63,891 nt of DNA, filler included, from an uncultured Methanoregulaceae archaeon (GCA_964530035.1; 8 parts of 8 records of this genome joined end to end with filler, not necessarily neighbours in it); one strand, 5' to 3'. Counted from the whole stretch's first letter, positions 21,274-30,466 are shown. Numbers and translations are program-made. The notes: generated by a model from the sequence alone, not told the origin.

Positions 21274-21514
21274 GCACTACTCCAGCTGATAGATGCTTCC
21301 GGGTGACCACCGGCGGTCTTCATGACCCGCGAAGATGGACCCGCACGCCTGTTCCTTTGCGGTTGGTCGTTTTCTCCCGGCCCTGGCCCCTGTGCCCGGG
21401 CGGTTCTACGAAGACGATGTGGGACATCCGCCCTATCGACCGTTGGGGATTTTGGATGTTTCCGCTCCAGGACCCGTGCTGAAGGGTGTCTGTTCCTGAT
21501 AGGAGTCCTGGTAT

Positions 21515-21701
21515 GGGTCGCATGGGTGGTGCCAGCCGGAGTATTCAATTCGAAACACAGGGCAATGAGGGTGCCGGTTTTATGGCAGGGATCCCTGTAT
21601 TTTAAGGACTACGCATTCCGGTCCGGCCGGGAGGACCCATAGGGAAGGTCGTGAACGGTATGCCGATCTTCCTCGCTGCGATTACCCCCCAGGTGGAATA
21701 G
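21515..21701. repeat. 187-bp direct repeat, copy 1
   Basis: aligns without gaps to 23358-23544 with 17 mismatches by hand count (about 91%). Confidence 0.95.
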
Positions 21702-22086
21702 GTACGGTTTTTTTTTAATTACCGCGTTTTTGTGACCGGACCATACATGTATCAGGGATAATTGTCGGCCTCGATCCATTGCCCGGGAGGTCTCCATGGG
21801 TCTCATCACCTGAATAACGGACATACATTTTTGGGGAGCAGGAAAGGGACGGTATTAAGACCGTGCGGGTTTGAGACAGGGGCATCTGGAACGGGAGCAA
21901 CGAGGGGGCGGCGAGGCCTTTTCGCCCCAGCCATCTGCCGAAGAAAACGGGTGATGTTAATCGACCATGCCCTGAGGTCCATCGTGCCCGGACCGGTCCG
22001 TTCAACTACTTTAAAATTTAAGTAAATAATAAAGTAACTATTCAAGGCAGGAAAACCCTCATGAACGAACCAGGGAGTGATACCGT

Positions 22087-22413
22087 ATGCAGGATGATAT
22101 CCTCTCCGTCCTGAACGGGTCTATAGGACTCAATGCAAAAATCTTCTCGCTCGTCCGGTTAAAACTGCTCGCAAGCCTTGTTTCCCTTGGACCGGATGGC
22201 GCAACCTATCGTGAGCTCAAAGCAGCCCTGAACATGAATGACGGGGTGTTGTTTGCCAATCTCAAGGTCCTGGAAGACATGGGGTATCTTACCTCCGGGA
22301 AAATCACTTCGGAAGAAAAAGAACTCGAACTCTATACGATAACCCCGGAAGGGCAGGACGAATGGGAGAGGACGCGGGCCTGGCTCTGCAGGTTTCTCAG
22401 GTGCGGGGTCTGA
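22087..22413 (+). CDS. winged-helix transcriptional regulator (ArsR/HTH_34-like)
   Basis: 'VRLKLLASL', 'TYRELK..LNMNDGVL..NLKVLEDMGYL', 'YTITPEG'. Confidence 0.85.
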   Translation: MQDDILSVLNGSIGLNAKIFSLVRLKLLASLVSLGPDGATYRELKAALNMNDGVLFANLKVLEDMGYLTSGKITSEEKELELYTITPEGQDEWERTRAWLCRFLRCGV

Positions 22414-22415
22414 TC

Positions 22416-22946
22416 ATGAAAAACCGGAAAAAGGTAATCGCCTTCTTCAGGGAACTCGGCTTTCATTTCACTATCTCGCAGTTTGACGACCGGCTGGTTG
22501 CCCAGAAGCTGGTCTGCCTCCTTGAACTGAAGGGCGTGGACCTTGGATACCCATGCGGCCTGTACGTGAGGGGTCCCTATTCCCCTGACCTTACGCGGGA
22601 CCTCTTTGCGTTCACCCGTGAGTTCGTGGACCTGGACACCACGTCAAAGCTGAGCCTAAAAGAAAAAGAGGTCGCTTCAGACCTCCGACGCATCTTCGGC
22701 CTCAGGCCGGCCCACCTCGAGATCGGGGCAACCTATGGCTATTATACCGTACGGCAGAACTGTGACCCGCTTGAAGCGCTCCGGCAGGTCAGGCGGCTGA
22801 AGCCGTTCTATTCTGAAGCCCTGGTCGCCCTTGGGATCTCCAAGGCCAAGCAGTTCCTCTTCAAGCCCACCCTGCAGGACCTCGATGACCTGAAAAAGGA
22901 AACCGGTATCTGGCAGAGGGCATCACTCAGGTCACTGGACCGATAA
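22416..22946 (+). CDS. Panacea/SocA (YwgA-like) putative antitoxin
   Basis: 'RLVAQKLVCLL...GY...YVRGPYSPDL' motif; lies directly upstream of MazF. Confidence 0.7.
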   Translation: MKNRKKVIAFFRELGFHFTISQFDDRLVAQKLVCLLELKGVDLGYPCGLYVRGPYSPDLTRDLFAFTREFVDLDTTSKLSLKEKEVASDLRRIFGLRPAHLEIGATYGYYTVRQNCDPLEALRQVRRLKPFYSEALVALGISKAKQFLFKPTLQDLDDLKKETGIWQRASLRSLDR

Positions 22947-22949
22947 CTG

Positions 22950-23276
22950 ATGAGAAAAGGCGACATCTGGTTAGTAGACCTCTCCGATGCTAAAGGGCAT
23001 GAGCAGCGGGGAGTACGGCCGGCGGTCATCGTCGGCGGTGCAAACGGGCTCGTCCTCGTTGTCCCGCTGACCAGCAGGATGGCCAGCGCCAGGTTCTCTC
23101 ATACTCACATAATCTCTCCCGATACGCTCAATGGCCTCGATACTGACAGTGTTGCCCTTGTATTCCAGATCGTCGCCCTGGACCGGGAGAGGTTCTCCCA
23201 CCGCATCGGGACCGTCGGTGAACAGCACCGTCTCGCGATCACTGCCCTTATCCGGGACCTGATGGACCTCGGTTAA
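22950..23276 (+). CDS. mazF: PemK/MazF family mRNA interferase toxin
   Basis: 'KGDIWLVDL....GHEQRGVRPAVIV', 'VVPLTS', 'SVALVFQIVALDRER'. Confidence 0.92.
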   Translation: MRKGDIWLVDLSDAKGHEQRGVRPAVIVGGANGLVLVVPLTSRMASARFSHTHIISPDTLNGLDTDSVALVFQIVALDRERFSHRIGTVGEQHRLAITALIRDLMDLG

Positions 23277-23357
23277 GGGGAGGACAAAGGAAAAGAGCGG
23301 AAACCCATACCAGGAGCTGCACCTGGGGCCACGTAATCAGAGGGTAGATTTCATCGC

Positions 23358-23544
23358 GGGTCGCATGGGGGGTGCCAGCCGGAGTATTCAATTCGAAACA
23401 CAGGGCAATGAGGGTGCCGGTGTTACGGCAGGGATCCCGGTATTTTAAGGACTACGCATTCCGGTCCGGTCGGGAGGACTCATAGGGAAAGACGTGAACA
23501 GTATGCCGATCTTTCCCCCTGTGATTTGCCACCAGGTTGAATAG
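23358..23544. repeat. 187-bp direct repeat, copy 2
   Basis: matches 21515-21701 at offset 1843. Confidence 0.95.
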
Positions 23545-23557
23545 CGACAACTGGTGG
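23529..23557. terminator. hairpin immediately after the minus-strand mazF stop
   Basis: CCACCAG(G)TTG...CAACTGGTGG inverted repeat between two convergent toxin genes. Confidence 0.45.
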
Positions 23558-23559
23558 TT

Positions 23560-23892
23560 CTATGACGTGATTATCTGAATGATGGAATTCGTCACCTTGT
23601 CCAGGGTTGACGGCACCAGGTGTGCAACCGACTTTTCCACCATCTGTGAATCGCCGGTGAAAAGTTTGTCTGGCCGTGCAAAACTGAGCATTTTTAATCC
23701 ACCTGTTTCATAGTCCGCATGATCCAGGGGGATTGAATAGGTGCGATCATAGGGTTGACTGGTTATCTGGCAGAGAATGAGATCATCGCCCGGAAGATGT
23801 GCAACAACAAGCGCCGGACGCTTTTTACTGCCAGATAAATCAGAAAAAGGAAACGGGACCACGACAATGTCGCCTTTTATAAATAGCTCCAG
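23560..23892 (-). CDS. mazF: PemK/MazF family toxin, probable CTG start
   Basis: '(L)ELFIKGDIVVVPFPFSDLSGSKKRPALVV', 'LILCQITS', 'SFARPDKLFT'. Confidence 0.88.
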   Translation of the reverse strand: MELFIKGDIVVVPFPFSDLSGSKKRPALVVAHLPGDDLILCQITSQPYDRTYSIPLDHADYETGGLKMLSFARPDKLFTGDSQMVEKSVAHLVPSTLDKVTNSIIQIITS

Positions 23893-24521
23893 GCTTCGTC
23901 CTCCTCCGGCCTGAGCCAGTCTTTTGAAAGGGCCCGTTCACTTATGAGAGCCGTGTCAGGGAATGCATGGATACTTTGGACCGGGTCCCCGCTTCCTGTT
24001 TCATATTCGCATGGAGTTTCGCCTGTCATTGCCTGTTCCGGTTGTACACCGGTCAGTTCTTCCTCCCTGAGTTTAAACAGGTCGGGAGGGATCCTGTACC
24101 CGTGCCCCACATTTTTCCAGAGGTCATATTGATGGGTAATGGTGCTTATGGCGACTGCCGTATTCGTTTTCAGGAGGTCGATCACTTTATTGAATATCAT
24201 TTTTTCCTCGTCATCGAACACCTCCCGGTCACATTTCTGCAGGGGGGTGAACCGGAATTCGTTAAACCCGGCTCCCTGGTAATCGACCTGGACGTGTCGG
24301 ACTTTTAGAAATTCATTCGAGCAGGAAGTGAGTGCGAATGCATACGGTGGCACAGGTCCGTACGGCATTCGTACATATTCATCTTCAAGAAGGGTGGTCC
24401 CTCTCCGGTTGAAAACCACCAGGTCGACAAAGAAAATGAACTTCATCAGTTTCGTCCTTCCGATATCGGGATATTCCTCTATTGCGTACAGGATTGCATT
24501 CACCTGTTTCTTCATCTTCAT
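23877..24521 (-). CDS. Panacea (SocA/DUF4065) antitoxin with C-terminal MazF-partner-like tail
   Basis: 'TKLMKFIFFVD...Y.RMPYGPVP' Panacea motif; tail 'SERALSKDWLRPEEDEAWSYL' overlaps the toxin start. Confidence 0.85.
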   Translation of the reverse strand: MKMKKQVNAILYAIEEYPDIGRTKLMKFIFFVDLVVFNRRGTTLLEDEYVRMPYGPVPPYAFALTSCSNEFLKVRHVQVDYQGAGFNEFRFTPLQKCDREVFDDEEKMIFNKVIDLLKTNTAVAISTITHQYDLWKNVGHGYRIPPDLFKLREEELTGVQPEQAMTGETPCEYETGSGDPVQSIHAFPDTALISERALSKDWLRPEEDEAWSYL

Positions 24522-25355
24522 ACCTGACCCCGACTCCTCCCAACGAGAATACCTGAGAATGAACCTGCGAGTGTATCTGCGATTATATATGGTGTAATTT
24601 TATAAATGCACGGTAGATGGTGTGAACGTATCACAAGGTCCTTTGCCATTATAACCGCCATTCCCCCGGAAAACGCCTTCCCAAGCAGTGAAGAAAACAG
24701 CCAGGTGATTTCTTCATCAGGTTTACCACAGGATTTCAGGGAAGGATTTCCCGGAAGAATTTTGCAGAGGGCTGTTGCTGAGGGCTTCCATATGCCCGAT
24801 GATTCCGGTGTATTCCTGCCGAAGGGGCGATGGAAGACGCCATTTCCCATTTCTTCCTCAACCAGAACAGGTGCCGGTTCAGACAGGGACTTGGGCAGAG
24901 GGGCCCGGGGCGGACGGCTCCGGGGGGTACTCCCGGTCACCAGGCGTCCTCCATTCCTCCAGGGGAAAAACCCTGTCCCCAGGCAGAAAATGGAGGACAG
25001 GGATCTGCCTCTGCGGGCCCTGATCCGCAAAATACCGGTACTAAGAACCACTTAGATCAGAGAGATCCCCTGTCCTCCGGCAAAAGTGAGATCACAGAGC
25101 AGGGGGTGAGACAGGCCCCCTGTACTCCACCCTGTGTATGTGATCCCGGGACGGCTGGAGGACAGGACACGAAAACCGATCTACCGTCCCTGATGGCGGA
25201 TCAAACAACGGAAACTGCCCCAAACACCCTCCATCAGCCATGTCTCCCGACTTCGGGACACCTGGCGGAGTCCATCCTGAATGCAAGGGGTGAGCCTCGT
25301 TCAGGGAACCAGGGCACGGGAGCCGGAAATGGTCTGCTCCATGCACCATCCGTGC

Positions 25356-25455
25356 NNNNNNNNNNNNNNNNNNNNNNNNNNNNNNNNNNNNNNNNNNNNT
25401 TAATTAATTAANNNNNNNNNNNNNNNNNNNNNNNNNNNNNNNNNNNNNNNNNNNN
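25356..25455. other. artificial contig linker
   Basis: N44-TTAATTAATTAA-N44. Confidence 0.99.
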
Positions 25456-25456
25456 G

Positions 25457-26755
25457 TCACCTGACGAGGTACGGGGGACGACGTTCGCCGATAATCCAAA
25501 CACCGACCGTGATCTGCTCAAGGAAGTCGCTGGTGACCAGGGAAGGTTTCATTACGAAACCGAGTATGATTTCGATCTTGTCAGGCAGACTGGCTGTCAC
25601 CCAACCTCGAAAAAAGGGAAGGTCCTCCTGGAAGTCTATGTATGTCCGATATGCAAGGACTGCGGCCCTGGTGTTGAGGGGGTCCTCGTCCAGATGCTTG
25701 ACATCACCGACCGGAAACGTGCCGAGGAAGCGCTCAGAAAGAGTGAACTGCGGTTTCGAAAATTCCACGAGGCCGGCCTGTTCGGCGTGATTTTCTGGGA
25801 CACCGACGGGACGATCACCGATGCCAACAACAGGTTCCTCGAGATGACCGGGTATTCCCGCGAAGATTTGATGGCAGGGCGGGTGAACGGGTTTGACATT
25901 ACCCCTCCGGAATATGCCCATATCGATGAACAGTCCATACAGGAACTCCTGGCAACGGGTGTCAACAGGGGGGCCTTCGAGAAGGAGTACGTCAGGAAGG
26001 ACGGTTCCCGGGTTCCCGTCCTCCTTGCCGGTGTGATGCTCGACGAAGAGAGAACCCGCGGTGTAGCCTTCGTAGTAGATATTACTGGCAGGAAACAGGC
26101 TGAAAAAGCCCTTGTCAGGGCAAACCGGCAGCTCAACCTCCTCACCGGGATCACGCGGCATGACATCCTGAACCAGGTCTCCGTCATCCTCGGTTACCTG
26201 AGTCTCACCGACAAGGAGTGCACCACTCCGCTTGCCCGGGAATACCTGGGGAAGGTGAGGGAGTGCGCCCAGCTCATCAATTCTCATATCCTGTTCACCC
26301 GGGTCTACCAGGACCTTGGCTCCCGTGGACCGGAATGGCAGGACCTTTCAGTCGTTATCTCCCGCATTCCCGTCCCCCGTTCTCTCCATTTTCATGTTTC
26401 CCTTGGTGGAGTGTCTCTGTTCGCGGATACCATGATCCAGAAGGTATTCGAGATCCTCACCGACAACTCGGTGCGGCACGGCCAGCACGTCTCTGAAATC
26501 AATATTTCAGCCGTCCGTTCAGGAGAAGACCTGGTCGTGCTGTTCGAGGACAACGGCACAGGAATCCCGGAGAAGGAGAAGTCACTGATCTTTGAGCGTG
26601 GATATGGAAACAACACCGGTTTCGGCCTGTTCCTCGCGAGGGAGATCCTGGCCCTCACCGGTATCCGGATCAACGAGACGGGAACGCCCGGGAAGGGGGC
26701 CCGTTTCGAGATAACGGTGCCAAAGGGAGGGTTTAAGGACCTGATATCTCCCTGA
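25457..26755 (+). CDS. PAS-domain sensor histidine kinase, 5'-truncated
   Basis: PAS/PAC 'DITGRK', H-box 'TRHDILN', 'DNSVRHG', 'EDNGTGI', 'GFGLFL', 'GARFEI'; frame open to the gap. Confidence 0.93.
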   Translation, partial: SPDEVRGTTFADNPNTDRDLLKEVAGDQGRFHYETEYDFDLVRQTGCHPTSKKGKVLLEVYVCPICKDCGPGVEGVLVQMLDITDRKRAEEALRKSELRFRKFHEAGLFGVIFWDTDGTITDANNRFLEMTGYSREDLMAGRVNGFDITPPEYAHIDEQSIQELLATGVNRGAFEKEYVRKDGSRVPVLLAGVMLDEERTRGVAFVVDITGRKQAEKALVRANRQLNLLTGITRHDILNQVSVILGYLSLTDKECTTPLAREYLGKVRECAQLINSHILFTRVYQDLGSRGPEWQDLSVVISRIPVPRSLHFHVSLGGVSLFADTMIQKVFEILTDNSVRHGQHVSEINISAVRSGEDLVVLFEDNGTGIPEKEKSLIFERGYGNNTGFGLFLAREILALTGIRINETGTPGKGARFEITVPKGGFKDLISP

Positions 26756-26838
26756 AAATCCCTGACCCCGCCCCGGCCTGGCACCTCGGTATACGTCAAC
26801 AATCCTTTGAATCAACGTAATAAGCATAACTCGAATAA

Positions 26839-27489
26839 ATGACTACATTTAAAACCTCTTCATTGATGGAAACCAAAAAAAACCCCGAAGGAACACCACC
26901 CTTACCCGGAGGTACGATTTTGTTTTGGCCCGGAACGGTTCCCCGTTTTGCTCCGGTGAGAGAAGGAGGGCCCGGGACGGTTTTGTCTCTCACAGTCCTG
27001 GTCATTATTAGTTGTTTTCTCCTGTTTCTTGGAATCAGGAATACTGAATCAGCAGGGATAGGTTCAGGTGGCCCGTTCCTTCTCTTTTCTGGGCTACTTC
27101 TTTTTGGTTTCCTGGTCATCTGGATTCTTATCAAGGGTATTCTGCGGCACAGGGATGTTACTTTTATCATTCACGAGAAAGGTATCAGGATCATCCCATC
27201 TGGATTTCAGAGTTCTCTTGATACCTGGATGGCAATAATTTCCCGGATCCTGTTCTGGATAACAAGGAAAGGGGGCCAATGGTCGGCCTGGGCACCCTGT
27301 ACTCCCTGGAGTTCGATGCGGAGCATTATCATTGCCAACAAAAGAAAAGAGATCATCATATTAGGAGGGAACTGGGATATCAGACTCGCATGTAATTCAG
27401 AGGTATTTGGATCTGCAGTTTCAATAATTCAGGAACGAAAGCCTGAACGTGCAACGGTACTTTTCAAAAATAATCCGTACTTGACATAA
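26839..27489 (+). CDS. hypothetical membrane protein
   Basis: 216 aa, two TM helices plus a soluble domain. Confidence 0.65.
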   Translation: MTTFKTSSLMETKKNPEGTPPLPGGTILFWPGTVPRFAPVREGGPGTVLSLTVLVIISCFLLFLGIRNTESAGIGSGGPFLLFSGLLLFGFLVIWILIKGILRHRDVTFIIHEKGIRIIPSGFQSSLDTWMAIISRILFWITRKGGQWSAWAPCTPWSSMRSIIIANKRKEIIILGGNWDIRLACNSEVFGSAVSIIQERKPERATVLFKNNPYLT

Positions 27490-27583
27490 ATGCACTTTCT
27501 TAATGGGAAATGAGGCGCTCATGCAATAAAAAAATGGTGCTCCGTATTTCAACCTGGAAATAACCGCTTTAATAAGGAAAACG

Positions 27584-27778
27584 ATGGCAAAAATTACCGG
27601 TTCTTTTCACTTCAAGATCAACTGGGCAACCTTAAGGTACATTGTAGTCTGTGCAGTAGCTTTAGTTGGGGCCCTTTTTGGCCAATTCGTACTGGGAGAT
27701 TATGAGCTGGCCATTCTTCTGGCATTTGGAGGATATATTGTCGCCAGGGTGCTTCTTTGGGTAATCTACAAGGAGTAG
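27584..27778 (+). CDS. small two-TM protein
   Basis: 64 aa, AAGGA upstream, hydrophobic hairpin. Confidence 0.7.
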   Translation: MAKITGSFHFKINWATLRYIVVCAVALVGALFGQFVLGDYELAILLAFGGYIVARVLLWVIYKE

Positions 27779-27831
27779 GGAAATTAATTCGTTACTGCTT
27801 TTCAATCACCAGGAAAAAAGGGCAGGCACGT

Positions 27832-29088
27832 TCATTTCCTGAACGTGAACGAAGACAACATGGTCGTGAAGATCGTGGATTTTTGTTTGAACAGGGATTC
27901 GGCGGTCGGAGGGACCGAAATAATATACATCCGGTCCCTGTACATCGTCCCGGCATCAATGCCCTGCATTGCTTCACCGCTCTTTGTGCCAGAATACGTG
28001 AGATAATACCCTGAACGGGAGCCTATCTTTTTTGTCAGGGAGCTGGTAACCTTGTAGCCCTCTGATTCGATGTATTCCCTGTTTACCTCTTCCTGTTCAG
28101 AAAGGGGAATATTCGTCCGCTGTTTCCACTCGTTTTCTCCGATCAGGACGGTGAACCCCGTTGCCGGGTCCTGGAATATGTACTGAGTAGATGTATCAGA
28201 AAGCGTATTCACCTTTACATCAAAGGATTTCGGGTACTTGACCGAGAACCATGTACTGGTGTAGGTACGCCACTCAATCTTTTGAGTGACCGTGGGAGAG
28301 GCTTTTTTCGTCGGTGTCTTTCCTGGAGCCTTCATTTTCGTCGGCGTCTTTACCGGGGCAATGGTTGTCCGGGTCACCGGTGTAAATGCCATGGTGTCGA
28401 GGATTGCCTGCCCCTGTTCGTTATCAGGGCCAAGAGCCGGGTTTGTGTTGTATGACAGGATGACGAACCTGTCCTGGCTTTCGATACAGATGTTCATCGA
28501 ACGGGCACGTACTCCGTTGGCATCATTGAACTCGAGCAGGAACCAGCTGGCTGGCTCTCCGGAGACATATTTCTCTCCTGAATCGACAACCGTGGCCTGT
28601 TTGAATGTTTTCAGGAGCATTTGCTCCCATGAATCCCTGAAGGATGAAAGGGTAATGCCGGAATCAGTTTTTTTCGAGATGAGGACCGTGAACAGCCCAA
28701 GTGACCCGGTACCTTTCAGGGCGTAATACAGGAAACTGTTGTCCTGGGTCGATGTCAGGGCCATGCCGGAGGGATATGAGAATGTCAGGTAAGGCGTCTG
28801 TAAAGGAACCCAGGTCACCTCGAGGGGTTCTTTAGAGAAACCGTGGAAATTTGCGTCCCCTTCGGGGACCGCCATGTCCTGATGACCTGTTCCCCTGTCC
28901 AAAGGTATTGAGGGTGTACCAGTCCTGAAAGGAGAAACCGTGGAAGGATCCGGGTACACCGTCCCCGAACCGGCTCCCCATGACATCACCACCATGAGTA
29001 CGACACAGAGCATTCCGATGACTCTCAATACCATGGTGGTGAGTATGCAGGAAAACCGGGATATACCTATCCTCCTCCCTGGCATCAT
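27832..29088 (-). CDS. secreted protein with two PsbP/DcrB-like domains (true start probably further downstream)
   Basis: signal peptide; duplicated 'F(S/T)x.YP..' domains each ending '(I/M)L.(T/S)..F'; T/P/K-rich linker. Confidence 0.7.
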   Translation of the reverse strand: MMPGRRIGISRFSCILTTMVLRVIGMLCVVLMVVMSWGAGSGTVYPDPSTVSPFRTGTPSIPLDRGTGHQDMAVPEGDANFHGFSKEPLEVTWVPLQTPYLTFSYPSGMALTSTQDNSFLYYALKGTGSLGLFTVLISKKTDSGITLSSFRDSWEQMLLKTFKQATVVDSGEKYVSGEPASWFLLEFNDANGVRARSMNICIESQDRFVILSYNTNPALGPDNEQGQAILDTMAFTPVTRTTIAPVKTPTKMKAPGKTPTKKASPTVTQKIEWRTYTSTWFSVKYPKSFDVKVNTLSDTSTQYIFQDPATGFTVLIGENEWKQRTNIPLSEQEEVNREYIESEGYKVTSSLTKKIGSRSGYYLTYSGTKSGEAMQGIDAGTMYRDRMYIISVPPTAESLFKQKSTIFTTMLSSFTFRK

Positions 29089-29503
29089 GGTTCTGTCCTG
29101 GCAGGAAGTGCCGGCTGTCCATGAAAAGTCTCTTTAAAAAACGGAATTGTTCTGCATAGGCCGTCAATAAAAAGACTTTCCCTTGGGGCGACAGCAGGAG
29201 ATGATGAAGACCTGGCATCACGGAACAGACTTCGAAGGTACCTTTATAATAAGCGCGGATATCTCCTATAAACCTTAAAGGAACTATATAAATCGCATCT
29301 CCAGTGGAAACAAAGGGGTTAAATACCCCCGGCAATGCATTACATCAATCCATGATGGGAAGGGTTCACGTCATTCTGAACCCCCTCCCACCGGGCATGA
29401 AGTTACACAGGGAGGAGCCGTCCAACAGGACATTTCTGTACTCCTCTCCCCTCCGTGGCAGGTCTGGCTGGGCAGTCGTGGTCTTTTCCCGGGTGCTTCC
29501 GTC

Positions 29504-30286
29504 CTACTGGACGAGAGTTATGCCAAGAGGGATCTCGATATTATTACCCTTTGCATTCCTTCCATAGTAAGTAAATGTCGCCTGCCCGTTACAGAGCTCG
29601 CACCCGTAGGAATTTCCTGTCGAGATGATTGAGCCGCTGTCCGTGTATGTCCCGTAAGCCCCGATGTCCCGGTTGATTGACGTCCGGGAAGGGTAATACA
29701 CGTAGCTGCGTCCGGACGATGGCACATAATACTCACGCATCAGGGAGTTTAAAGTGAAACCCTGGCCTGAGGTGTCCCTGAATGTGATCGTATACTTCCA
29801 TTTGTACGAGACCGCTCCACCTGAACCCGTGCTGGTCGATGATCGGATTTTTTTCGGATACGTGACTTCAATGGACGATGATCGTTTCGTGTAAAGGAGG
29901 ACCGCCGTATCCCTGGAGGGGGTGATGGTCGGCAGGGTAGTCGGACGAGCAGTGGTGACCATAGCCCTGACGAGGTTTACAGAAACGGTCTTCGTGGTCC
30001 CGGCAGACACTTTTACAATCCTTGAGGAATCCTGGTATCCTGTCATTTTAAGGACAAGCCGGTGGTTCCCAGCGGCAATACCGGATAATACGGCTGGAGA
30101 TGTCCCCATGGGTATACCGTCAAGGGTTATGGCAGCTCCCGACGGTGTCGTACTGATGGAGATTTTTCCTGGTGACTGGCCGGTCGTCGCAGCCTCGACA
30201 AAAAAAGACCCGCTCACGATGAGGAGTGCGGTGAGAAGGGTCACGATAAAGGATAACCTCATGAAAGATCCATCAGGGTTTGTCAA
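29504..30286 (-). CDS. PEGA-domain surface protein
   Basis: 'ISISTTPSGAAITLDG..MGTSP...AGNHRLVLKMTGY'. Confidence 0.88.
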   Translation of the reverse strand: MTNPDGSFMRLSFIVTLLTALLIVSGSFFVEAATTGQSPGKISISTTPSGAAITLDGIPMGTSPAVLSGIAAGNHRLVLKMTGYQDSSRIVKVSAGTTKTVSVNLVRAMVTTARPTTLPTITPSRDTAVLLYTKRSSSIEVTYPKKIRSSTSTGSGGAVSYKWKYTITFRDTSGQGFTLNSLMREYYVPSSGRSYVYYPSRTSINRDIGAYGTYTDSGSIISTGNSYGCELCNGQATFTYYGRNAKGNNIEIPLGITLVQ

Positions 30287-30466
30287 GAAAAAAATAACTG
30301 ATACCGGGAACTCTGTTCAGTGGGGGTGTTTGTCCTACCCGGCAAACCAGTCCGGGTCCGTTTTCCCGGGACCATGGAGCAGTCCGATCGGCTGATGATG
30401 AACGCTGGACACCTGTTTCCGGTGTATCGAAAGTGAAGAGGGTCGCCGGGAACAAGGACCTCTCCT

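Noticed and set aside
21270..21510. Possible restriction-modification remnant upstream of the M48 peptidase
   Set aside because: No recognisable hsdR/hsdM/hsdS motifs in any frame.
24518..25355. Several overlapping 150-190 aa ORFs
   Set aside because: Low-complexity Pro/Gly/Arg translations with no motifs; probably non-coding GC-rich DNA.
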